Source: Lytechinus pictus (Eukaryota). From it: 64,000 nucleotides of DNA. Positions 35,861 to 46,807 of the stretch are shown one piece after another (the first letter of the stretch is position 1; the number at the start of each line of letters is the position of its first letter). The notes beneath the pieces were generated by a model. The model ran no database searches, was not told the origin of the DNA, and was given only the letters and a program-made list of their open reading frames with translations. The position numbers were made by a program, and so were the translations under genes. The stretch is from the NCBI RefSeq assembly GCF_037042905.1, contig NC_087251.1, forward strand, positions 44,146,001 to 44,210,000. Direction: 5' to 3'.

Positions 35861-37207
35861 TTTTATTGTCTCGCCTGCATAGCAGAGCGAGACTATAGGC
35901 GCCGCTTTTCCGACGGCGGCGGCGGCGGCGTCAACATCAAATCTTAACCTAAGGTTAAGTTTTTGAAATGACATCATAACTTAGAAAGTATATGGACCTA
36001 GTTCATGAAACTTGGACATAAGGTTAATCAAGTATTACTGAACATCCTGCTTGAGTTTCAGGTCACATGACTAAGGTCAAAGGTCATTTAGGGTCAATGA
36101 ACTTGACCATGTTGGGAGAATTATTTTCAAAATCTTAACCGAAGGTTAAGTTTTTGAAATGACATCATAACTTAGAAAGTATATGGACCTAGTTCATGAA
36201 ACTTGCGCATAAGGGTAATCAAGTATTAGTGAACATCGTGCTCGAGTTTCAGGTCACATGACCAAGGTCAAAGGTCATTTAGGGTCAATGAACTTTGGTC
36301 AAGTTGGGGGTATTTGTTGAATTACTATCATAACTTTGAAAATTTATGGATCTAGTTCATGAAACTTGGACATAAGGTTAATCAAGTATTCGTGAACATC
36401 CTTCCTGAGTTTCAGGTCACATGGCCAAGGTCAAAGGTCATTTAGGGTCAATGAACTTTGGCCAAATTGGGGGTATTTGTTGAATTACCTTCATAACTAT
36501 GAAAATTTATGGATCTAGTTCATGAAACTTGGACATTAGGTTAATCAAGTACCACTGAATATCCTGTGCGAGTTTCAGGTCACATGACCATGGTCAGTGG
36601 TCATTTAAGGTCAATGAACTTTGGCCGTGTTGGGGGTCTTTGTTAAATTACCATCCTAACTCTGAAGGGTTATGGATCTAGTTCATAAAACTTGGACATA
36701 AGAGTAATCGAGTATCACTGAACATCCTGTACGAGTTTCAGGTCACATGACCATGGTCAAAGGTCATTTAAGGTCAATGAACTTTGGCCGTGTTGGGGGT
36801 ATTTGTTGAATTACCATCCTAACTCTGAAGTTTATGGATCTATTTCATAAAACTTGGGATATAAGAGTAATCAAGTATCACTAAACATCCCCTGTGAGTT
36901 TCAGGTCACAAAACCAAGGTCAAAGGTCAGTTAAGGTCAATAAACTTAGGCCATGTTGGGGTAATTGTTGAATTGCCATCATAACTTTGAAAGTTTTTGG
37001 ATAGAGTGAATGAAATGTGGACATTGGTGTATTTGACAAGTCTTAAGTCACCGTTCAAATGTCATCTTTGGTCAATGAACGTGGTATTATGTCATTATAT
37101 GAATGGTGTGTTTGTGAATGATTATTTTATAGTAGTTTTCAAAGTTAGCACTGCTGCTATATTAAATTGCGTAATGCAGGCGAGACTGCCAGAGGCGTTC
37201 CACTTGT
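35861..37207 (+). mobile_element. HINE-like element with 6 internal repeat units
   Basis: Same termini; the ggtcaaaggtca core (variant in one unit) is at 36075, 36266, 36429, 36592, 36755 and 36918 (spacings 191, 163, 163, 163, 163). Confidence 0.85.
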
Positions 37208-38578
37208 TTGTATGTAAATGTATTTGATTGAAGCAAGACTAAGATGCTTTGGTGTACCTTGTAGATTTTGTAAGGGGCCTAATATTTGCAACCGTTTGTT
37301 CAACAAGTAACATTCGTTGATTGACGAAACATAGTGAGATTTTGTGTTCTTTGTAGTTTCTAAATACAGTGTATGTGAAGTTTTTGTTTTGGAAATAAAA
37401 GTGAGAAACACGTAACATTAGTGTTGCATTTTGTTCTTCATCATTTTGATTTTATTATGATTTTCTTTACCTATCTTTTATGTTTATTTTTGTATTTTGT
37501 TTTTAATTTGATTTCTTTAGTACATTTCACTTTGTGATATTTTGTTTGTCAGTTTTTTTTTTCTATGAAATGATTAACTTCAATGATATGTCTGCAATGC
37601 ATGACATGAGTGCCATTCAAAATAGATGATCTTTATAGTTTTCTTTTAATATTCTCCCAAGTAATATAAGGTGCAAAATATGAAGGTTTAGGTGGTCAGC
37701 GCTTACATTGATGTTTTATTTTTTAGAAGAAGTTTATGTCCTTAAATCCCTCACCAGTTTAAATTAACTTTAATTTCATTACTGCACACCACTTTTGAAA
37801 AAATGAATCTTTTTGTGAATCATGGTGGATATACATGTATATGATGATTGAAATACTTCCAATACTATGCTCATATTGCTTCATTCTTCATTCATTCAGC
37901 CCTTCATTTGCAAAACATTTAATTCATTAATGGTAATGTGTAATATCTCTTAATGTGAAAGATATAAGTCTTTGTTGTGGGGGAGGGAGAGGGGTATTTT
38001 CATCTTTCACAAATCACAATAATGGCATACAGTTTCCATTGGAATTGGAATAGTAGAATAGCTCTCAATGTAATTTCGATGACAATTTGTATTCATTTGA
38101 AAATTAAGATCAAGATGTGTATGATATGCTTATTGAACTGCTCAAGGGACTTTTTTCCTATAAGGTTCATTGTATGGAAGTTGCAACGAAAACTAAATCT
38201 GCTTTTACTTTTTGAAAAAATTAAAAGTTTTCAAAATACAGGGTGATGGGGCATTGCCAGAAATGTTTCCCAATCAGTCGTAAGTCCTTTGATTAAACGC
38301 AGATGATTTGTGTTCAGTTGCAACTCAATGCTCCTGCAATGCCTCATAAGACACTGTGGAACTTTTATGAGGACAAGTCATGGTTACTTCTTTTTTTCTT
38401 ATTGTCATGCTTGCATCATTGAAGCAGTATCAACAAAATGAAAATTCAATATGATATGAAAAAAAGATTGAATTTCACCTAGGGTTTTGAACCAAGACTT
38501 CCTTACCATGCAGCACGTGCAGAATCCTGACGATTGTTGAGATTACTCATGAATGTTATTTTTTCTTATCATTTACAG

Positions 38579-38671
38579 GAGGCGATTCTTAACAAACTTC
38601 AGAGTAGTGTAGAGACAGAAGAGGTTAAATGGGAAGAGAGGTTAAATCAAACGGAATCCAACCTAGGCCAG
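38579..38671 (+). CDS. RRBP1: RRBP1/kinectin-like exon 15 (0->0): EAILNKLQSSVETEEVKWEERLNQTESNLGQ
   Basis: Acceptor tttacag, donor CAG|gtaagt. Resembles 'EGMLRDLQKSVEEEEQVW'. Confidence 0.92.
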
Positions 38672-39228
38672 GTAAGTTGCATGCATGTGTGTGAGTTGCA
38701 TTGCTTCTATTTTTTTTTCTCTCGCTCTTGTTTTTAATGAAATACTAGACAGCCATTTGATATTTCTTATCTGAATAAAAAGGTAGAAAAGATTACCCTA
38801 AGTAATTGCAACCAAAAAATCAAATGTGCAGTGTTTACTAGAAGCACTTTAACGTTTGAATCAAAGAAAAAAGTATGGGGGCATAGAAAAAATGTTGTTA
38901 TATCTTTAATTTGGCTCTGACAATTTTATGTCTTACATTTACAATAATTGTAAAAAAAAAAAAGAAGTAAATTTAGAAACTTTGGTTTGGGTTCAGGCAT
39001 CATTTGTTCCTTTAATAAAATGAATATTTTTGTAACGCAAAGCTATATTCATTGTGAATTTAAAAATTATGCTTAAATGTGCATGTTGGTCATGTTCAAA
39101 TATTGTCCCTAATATCCTTGTATAATGTCTATGTGCATGTATTAGTATAGTCTCTTTTATTAATACAGTCTCTTGTGTAGCTGCAATGTCTTATTAATTT
39201 GCTTGTGTGCTTTGTGCAATGGTTTATA

Positions 39229-39715
39229 CCCCTTTTCCCTTCTTTTCCTCCTCTTCTACCTCCCTTTTCTCCTGCCTCTCCTCTGCCTGCTGCTCCTCTT
39301 CCTTTCCAATCCTCTTCCCCCATCACCTCTTCTCCTCACCCCTTCCTATTCTCTTCTTTCCTCTTCTCTTCTTTCCTCACTCCTCTCCCTCATTCCTCTC
39401 CCTCCCTCCTCCCTCCTCCTCTTCCTCCCTCCTTCCTCCTCTACCTCCCCCATTCTCCTCCCCCTTTTCCACTCCTCCCCCTCCTCTTCCTCCCTCCTCC
39501 ACCTCTCCTTCCCCTCCTCTCTTTCCTTTTCCTTTTCCACCCCTCCCTCCTCTTCCTCCCTCCTCCACCTCTCCCCCTTCCACCCCCTTCTTCCTCCTTC
39601 CCCTCTCTTTCCTTCTCCCTTTCCTCACCTCCCACTCTCCTCCCCTCCTCTCTTTCCTTCTGTCCTTCCTTGCCTCCTCCTTCCCTCCCTCCTCTCACCC
39701 TCCTTCCTTGTTCTT
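39229..39715 (+). repeat. ~490-nt (CT/CCT)-rich polypyrimidine low-complexity tract
   Basis: Almost purely C/T, directly upstream of exon 16. Confidence 0.95.
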
Positions 39716-39719
39716 AAAG

Positions 39720-39782
39720 GCTAAATCTGAAGTCGACTCATTACAAGAAGAATTGGCTTCATTGTCTTCTTCTCAGTCACAG
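39720..39782 (+). CDS. RRBP1: RRBP1/kinectin-like exon 16 (0->0): AKSEVDSLQEELASLSSSQSQ
   Basis: Acceptor cttaaag after a very long pyrimidine tract, donor CAG|gtgaga. Confidence 0.82.
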
Positions 39783-40321
39783 GTGAGATTATAGACCGAT
39801 AAAAGTCTAAACCAAACTCACATTGGTGTGTACCTTATTGCATGAATCTTGCCATCATTAAATGAAACTTATTTGGGGTTTATTTCATAGAACTGCGTAT
39901 CTAGATCAGGGGAGCGTTTCATGAAGTTTTGGTCAGTGAGTTTGATGTTATAAGCTACTGGAAATTCTTGCATCTGATTGGCTCAGAGCTGATTAGTCAG
40001 TTGAAATCACTGACAAAATGCTTTCTGAAACGCTCCCATGAAGTCTCTTTAAGCATTATTGTAATTTTCATGAGTGATTTAGAAAGAGTTTGAAATTCAC
40101 CACTTTTTGCCAAAGTATGTGTCATGAAATCACATTTAAAGTCCGTTTCAGTGCATCTATATACTTTTAAAAAGTATATTTACAAAAATGTTCAAGATTT
40201 ATAGTATATTTATTCCTCAGATTTAAAACAATATTTAAGAAACAGTAATAAATGAATAGGGGTTACTTTTTTAATGATGACATCAGCCTACACTGCATTA
40301 CATTGAAATATTTGATTACAG

Positions 40322-40961
40322 TTTTATTGTCTCACCTGCATAGCAGAGTGAGACTATAGGCGCCGCTTTTCCGACGGCGATGGCGGCGGCGGCGGCGGCG
40401 TCAACACCAAATCTTAACCTGAGGTTAAGTTTTTGAAATGACAGCATAACTTAGAAAGTATATGGACCTAGTTCATGAAACTTGGCCATAAGGTTAATCA
40501 AGTATTACTGAACATCCTGCATGAGTTTCACATCACATGACCAAGGTCAAAGGTCATTTAGGGTCAATGAACTTAGACCATGTTGGGGGAATCAACATCA
40601 AAATCTTAACCTAAGGTTAAGTTTTTGAAATGTCATCATAACTTAGAAAATATATGGACCTAGTTCATGAAACTTATACATAAGGTTAATCAAGTATCAC
40701 TGAACATCCTGCATGAGTTTCACATCACATGACCAAGGTCAAAGGTCATTTAGGGTCAAAGAACTTTGACCACGTTGGGGGTATTTGTTGAATTGCCATC
40801 ATATCTCTATAAGTGTATTGGTCTAGTTCATAAAACGTGGAAATAAGGGTAACCAAGTATCACTGAACATCTTGTGCGAGTTATAGTAGTTTTCAAAATC
40901 AGCACTGCTGCTATATTGAATCGCGTGATGCAGGTGAGACGGCCAGAGGCATTCCACTTGT
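40322..40961 (+). mobile_element. HINE-like element with 2 internal repeat units
   Basis: Same termini; cores at 40545 and 40737. Confidence 0.85.
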
Positions 40962-42206
40962 TAGTTTAATATCCCCTCATTGAAAATTCAAAATGAATTT
41001 GAACATTAAATCTGTCTGTCAAATTCCATCTTTATTCATTCCATGCATGTTCACTTGGATATTTCAAAAAAACACATCAGGCCCGTGTAAGTGAATGCTT
41101 TAGATTGAGTGAAAGTGTATATTATACCCTTTTTGTGTGTAAAATGTAACCTTAATGAATGCATACTGGGTATAGTACCTACTACATCTCCCTGATATGA
41201 CTAATTTTACATTTATACATTACATGGTAATATGTATAGTGTGTCGTTTATCTATATTTTTCTATAATATGGAGTTCTGTCTAGGCATTTTATAAAGTTA
41301 TAAACATCAAGCGTAAATGCAAAAATGACTCAGCATTGAAATGTATCTATCACTTGATATTTTGGGGTTTAGAAAATTCAAATAGTTTCAAATCTCATAA
41401 AGGTCATGGAGTAGTAACTTCCCAGTTATTAAGACATTGTACTTGTATGAATTGAGATATGCAGTCTGTAGTGAACTAACATCTATTACACTGGTTGTGT
41501 TAGCATTTTGCACCAATAATAGTTATTACAGTAATAATGTTAACATATTTATTGTGCTATATTGGTATTATATTAGATTATAGTAATGTGTGTAATTAAC
41601 AGTTTTGGGAAGACTCGTTTACTCTAACTGCATTACATAGCAATAGGTTGTAATAACGAGATAATGAATGCCATGTATAAGCAACCAACTGTGCATTATT
41701 TGTTATATATAAAGTTTATGGTTTTTGGTCAATTGTTGAGATAAATGATTCCCATCACCATGTTTCTTATTTAGTATGCTGAACAGTACGAAATCCCCAA
41801 CATGGTGAGCATTGAACCCATACCCTAACGTATTAAGGCTTTCATCACGTTCCACTACTCCTATCATTACTTCATGCTCGAATTGCTCATCTAACACCTG
41901 ATTTTGGTGGCTTTATGGATCATTAATAGACATGTATCTAGTTTGCCACCTCTATATCATACAGGCGCCCTGTCCTCAGCAGTTCGGCCCTTTGTAAGAA
42001 CTGTGTGTTGTAGAACTTTTCTTGTAAGGCCTCTCCTCTGACATGGTCATTAGATGGATCAATGACCTTTATAAGCAGGTTACACTGTTATGATAGGTGT
42101 GAATGGATGAAATGATGCGACACTGCTCTGTGTGTTATAGTTATTATTCAATTTAATCTATAGTGCACACAGAAATCTTGCAGTGATTTAATGAACGCTG
42201 TTTACC

Positions 42207-42672
42207 GCCCTTTCACACGGTAAAAAAAAATCGTAATTTGAATGAGTTTAGTGAAAAATAAGGCTAATGACAAATTTTTAGCATGTGTGAAACCAAACTA
42301 GAATTACGAATGCTAATCACAATCACAATTTCAAATTCCACTGTGGAGGTGAATTCCAGATAAGTTTCACTCAAATTACGATACAAATTTTACGTGTGAA
42401 AGGCTTGACCTCCAAAACATTTTTTTTTTTTTGGGGGGGGGGCGGAGCTTACATGTCTTTTCAAGCATTTCCATAGGTAATACAATTGTCATGCACTCAT
42501 CATATCGATGCAGTGCTTTGATTGACAAGTCACCAAGGACACATACCCCCTTGCTCGGGAATCCGAATTCAAATCACAGTTTTCGAGTGAGCGTGTGAAA
42601 GGTCCGATGATTCTAAAGACAAATTGCAATCATCAATACAATGATGATTCAAGATTCACGTGTGAAAAGGCC
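42207..42672. mobile_element. MITE with ctttcacacg / cgtgtgaaa inverted motifs
   Basis: gccctttcacacg ... cgtgtgaaaaggcc; several internal gtgtgaaa repeats. Confidence 0.6.
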
Positions 42673-43948
42673 CTTAGACATTGCAGGAAGGGTTATTATA
42701 TAACTGTCAATGAATTTTTCATAGAACATAAACGTATAATGTTATTTATTTTTCTTCCAACATCCTTCGATTCATTATCGACAAAGAAAAAGGGAACAAA
42801 CCCGCCAGAGGTACAGTAATCCTATTAAGAATGATCTTACTATAAAATCGATCATTATGCTAGATGAGTCACCAAATCGACTGTTACAATATTGAATAAT
42901 AGAAATGAGCTGCGAAGTACAGTAGTAGTACTATCATTAGAGTAAAGCTATAATTGTTTGTACCCATTCAGCTCACTAGAACCATTCTTCAATGATAATG
43001 TACCCCCTTTAGAACATTAGTCGTACTCATCATCAAGATTTATCTGCATTATGAATTCAATAACTCATTAAAACCTGTGCATGGGTGCTTGTATACTAGA
43101 GGGCATTTATTTCTCTCTTTGATTCCTGGGTATGCGGGTAAACTGGAGAAGGTTTAATGCAGTATTGATTAGCTTAAAGTGATTCCCAGGCACGGTTTCA
43201 ATGAGATTTGCAGTGGAAGTTTCTTTATTTGATGTTTATGGGTATTTTAGGAGAAAATCATATCCCTTATTGACGGTTTTCATTAAAAATGTGCATATTG
43301 AAGAGATTAAATTAAAACATACTTAATTAAATCATTTGTTAAGACCATGATCCAAAAGTTATGAGTCTTTACAAAGAGTTTTGTTTTTTGGCTCAGGATC
43401 ATTCATACTCAATGTTTAGGTATTACCCCGGATGTAAGAGAATAGCATACTCCATAGGTTACAGTACAAAATTATTATATATATCTAAAAAAATATCGTT
43501 TAGGATTATTGGATTATTTCTTTGTGATATGGAGGCAAACTATAGGCTTGAAAAAAAATCAATATTGATTATATTAATGTGGGTTATGCACATCATTGTG
43601 CGGCCTAGAGATTTTCAAATTCAAAATAATTGGACATTGTCAAATGTCAAGGGAGGATTTGGTAGATGAAATGATAGTTTACCAAAGATGATATATTTAT
43701 CTAATACTCTATTAACTACATAAAATGATCTTCTACTTAAAAGTGGATTTCTTGAATATATTCCTCTTCCATCTGAAATATTATTGAAATAAGACAAAGG
43801 GGTTTCTTTGGCATTTGCCTGTCGTTTTGAGGTTTCATGTTTTTTCTATTGCTATTTGGTGAACTTTTAAATTCTGCCAATCTGTTCCCCCTGGTGAAGG
43901 ATTTTTAGTCAGTTGCTGAGCATTTTTGAAATATCCCATAATTTTCAG

Positions 43949-44167
43949 AAGACCACTGAAAATTCAAGGTTGTCCTCCGAGCTCGAGGAGGCCCAAGCCA
44001 CGATAGAAACACTCAGGCGGGACCAACAGGCGGCGGCGTCGAACTACGAGACGACAAGCCAGGAATTAGAAGAATTGAAAACGCAGCTTCATCAGTTGAA
44101 AGAGCAGCTGGAAGCAGCCAATCAGAGGGTAGAACAGAGCCACGACAGAGAGGAAGAAAACCAGGAG
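43949..44167 (+). CDS. RRBP1: RRBP1/kinectin-like exon 17 (0->0): KTTENSRLSSELEEAQ...DREEENQE
   Basis: Acceptor ttttcag (CAGAAG tandem acceptor), weak donor GAG|gtagcc; 73 codons open with coiled-coil composition. Confidence 0.82.
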
Positions 44168-44712
44168 GTAGCCTCATCTCAAACATCCATAATACTAATT
44201 CATCTTTTGAAACCACTAATATTATATTGAATCAAGGAGTTATCTTGGATTAGGTCCATCAAAATGGAGCTAATTCTACAACTTTCTTCCACTTCTCTTC
44301 AGCTATTCTTTCTATAAACTCCCAAACTTGCTTTTGCAACCCTGTCCCTTTTGTATAAAATAGTTTGCAGTGTTTGTTGCATGTGGCGCCATATTATGCA
44401 TGCCTTCCAAATTTTTTCTTATCAGTAGTAAATGTAATAAAGATTTTTCTAGTAAGATCTAGTTAATTTCTTTTAATGCATTATTATCTATAGATTTAGT
44501 ACAATTGTTCTATGTAACAGGGTTATTCATTGTTATTATTGCATGTGACACGTTCTTTTATGCAAATTGGCATCACAGGGTACAGATCCATTTTGGAAGT
44601 ATCCAAAAGAAAAACGTTTGACTGCATGGATGCAATAATTTTCATAATACGGGAAGTTTACCTATGCCAGAACCTTATTGTTGTTTACATTCATATTCCA
44701 TCCTTCATCTAG

Positions 44713-45018
44713 ACCAAGAATAGGCTATCTTCATCTGAAGCGGAAGTGAAGAGGCTATCCGCTGACCTGGAGCAAGCCAAGGCCAGTCTGTCTGACCTGC
44801 AGTCAAAGATCACATCCTCCGAAGGTCAAGGTGAAGAGGTCAAAGCTCTCCAGAAACAACTAGCTGAATCTCAGAGCAGGCTGGATGCCTCGGAGAAGGA
44901 GATTAGCTCCTTGAAAGAGGCAGCGGCTGCAGCTCCAGCTGGAGGGGATGATGGAGCCAAGGAGAAGCTCAACAAGGCACTCAGTGAGGCCGAGGAGAAG
45001 GCTGCTGCTCAGCAGAAG
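44713..45018 (+). CDS. RRBP1: RRBP1/kinectin-like exon 18 (0->0): TKNRLSSSEAEVKRL...LQKQLAESQSRLDAS...AAAQQK
   Basis: Acceptor catctag, donor AAG|gtcagt. Resembles 'LRQLLLESQSQLDAA'. Confidence 0.9.
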
Positions 45019-45570
45019 GTCAGTTGCTGTAGCAGTTTCATTTAGTCCTAATAAATCAATATCCTTTTAGTTCTGATACTTTTCAACAGAATATTTTTCA
45101 TAATTATGCTTTTTTTGGTGAGAAATAGATTTGGTTTTCATTTGAATAATGTTGCTTTCATATAAACTGAATTGAAATCATGAGTTAGCTCATGTATTGA
45201 GTACTATTGGATTTCTCGTGTATTCGATGAGCTTTTCAATTCATGCGAGATAGCAAAGGAAGTTGATGTTGGGAGTTTGATTAATCTCCACCTACTATTC
45301 TAGTTGATTTTTTGAAAATTCTTTTATAGTATGTTTTGTTTACTTTTGGATGAGAGCGTATATCAGTCATTCCGTAGCAATTCCAGCTTCCCATTTCAGG
45401 CTTCTTCACACTTTTCTTTATCAAGCACATTTTGGGCTTTAACATGCTCTGGCTTATTTTTTGGCCTAGTGAGTAAAACTAACTGACATCCCTGAACTCA
45501 AATCCTTTTTTTTTAGTCATGATTATGCAGCGCTTTGATTGTATTAAGCACTTCATGAATATTGTATTTC

Positions 45571-45768
45571 ATTATTATTATTATTATTGTTATTAGTAGT
45601 AGTATTATTATTATTATTATTATTGTTATTAGTAGTAGTAGTATTAGTATTATTATTATTAGTAGTAGTAGTATTATTGGTATTGTTATTATTGTTATTG
45701 TTATTATTATTATTAGTAGTAGTAGTATTGTTATTGTTATTATTGTTATTGTTATTATTATTAGTATT

Positions 45769-45799
<31 letters not shown>

Positions 45800-45929
45800 G
45801 TATTGTTATTATTATTAGTAGTATTATTATTATTATTAGTATTAGTATTATTATTTTTATTAGTATTATTATTATTATTAGTAGTAGTAGTAGTATTGTT
45901 ATTAGTATTATTGTTATTGTTATTATTGT
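45571..45929 (+). repeat. Compound (ATT/AGT/GTT)n microsatellite
   Basis: Seen directly; abuts the exon 19 acceptor. Confidence 0.95.
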
Positions 45930-45931
45930 AG

Positions 45932-46099
45932 GAAATTGCAACTTTGAATGATAACCTGAAGAAAGAGAGGACTCTCACCCAAGACCTGGGAAAGGCAGCT
46001 GCCAAGCTTCAGGCCATGCTAAAGAAAACCCAAACATCTCTGAACACAGAGAAAGAAACAGTGGCTAAACTCAAGATGCAGAGCGGGGCCAAAGAAGGG
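45932..46099 (+). CDS. RRBP1: RRBP1/kinectin-like exon 19 (0->0): EIATLNDNLKKERTLTQDLGKAAAKLQAMLKKTQTSLNTEKETVAKL...EG
   Basis: Acceptor ttgtag, donor GGG|gtgagt. Close to RRBP1 'LEKEKKLTSDLGRAATRLQELLKTTQEQLAREKDTVKKL'. Confidence 0.94.
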
Positions 46100-46672
46100 G
46101 TGAGTAGATTCCTTTCATTCAGATTCTCCAATACCAATAGGGATCGTTTCATGCAAGTGGTCAGCATTGACAAGTTCTCTTCCTCCTTCAGTTACCCACA
46201 GTAGGGTGTTTTTGCACAGCGACTATGGAGGATTCAAGAACATAGAAAATGTATTGTCACTTGCCCTTCATAACAATGAGCAACCAAGACGTCCTTGTCG
46301 AAAATTGGTGAATCGAAACAGCAGTTTCATCTTGGACTCGAGACAAACAACTTATTTGCAATTTTTGGTCGGCTTCGAAACTTGGGATGAACTGCTGTTC
46401 CGGTACACCAATTTTCGACAACAAAGACCTCCCATCTGTGCATTGCCACTTGATGGGCAATTTTGTTACATTTATTTTGTTCTTGAGTCCTCTGTATGCA
46501 GTGGAGTGAAAACTCTCGAGTAACAATCAGAGACCAGTGCTTCTCAGCCAATCAAACCAAGGATTTCACTGAAATCATCGGTGCTTATAACTTTCATGAA
46601 ACACTCCCCAGAACACAACGGTCTTGGCAGTTAAGTTGATAATAGCTCTGAAACTGGAGGAGAATGAATATC

Positions 46673-46807
46673 CAGTGGCCCGTAACACAAAGATTTGAAA
46701 TGATTGTAGAACATTTCTCTACGACCGATTCCATTTACTACAATTTACAATCAATCATGAAAATCAAGCGAATGATTAATCGCTAACCTTTGTGTTACGG
46801 GACCCTG
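46673..46807. mobile_element. Hairpin MITE; sisters at about 6479-6603 and 17027-17155
   Basis: cccgtaacacaaag ... ctttgtgttacggg. Confidence 0.78.

Noticed and set aside
35950..37000. Regularly spaced repeats resembling a CRISPR array
   Set aside because: Whole 163-bp units are homologous with no unique spacers, there are no cas genes, and the context is a eukaryotic intron.
39129..39724. Multiple Pro/Ser/Leu-rich and Gly/Arg/Glu-rich ORFs
   Set aside because: Stop-free only because the tract is C/T low complexity; only 39720-39782 is a plausible exon.
45513..46005. Poly-Ile/Leu/Asn ORFs on both strands
   Set aside because: Translations of an intronic trinucleotide microsatellite.
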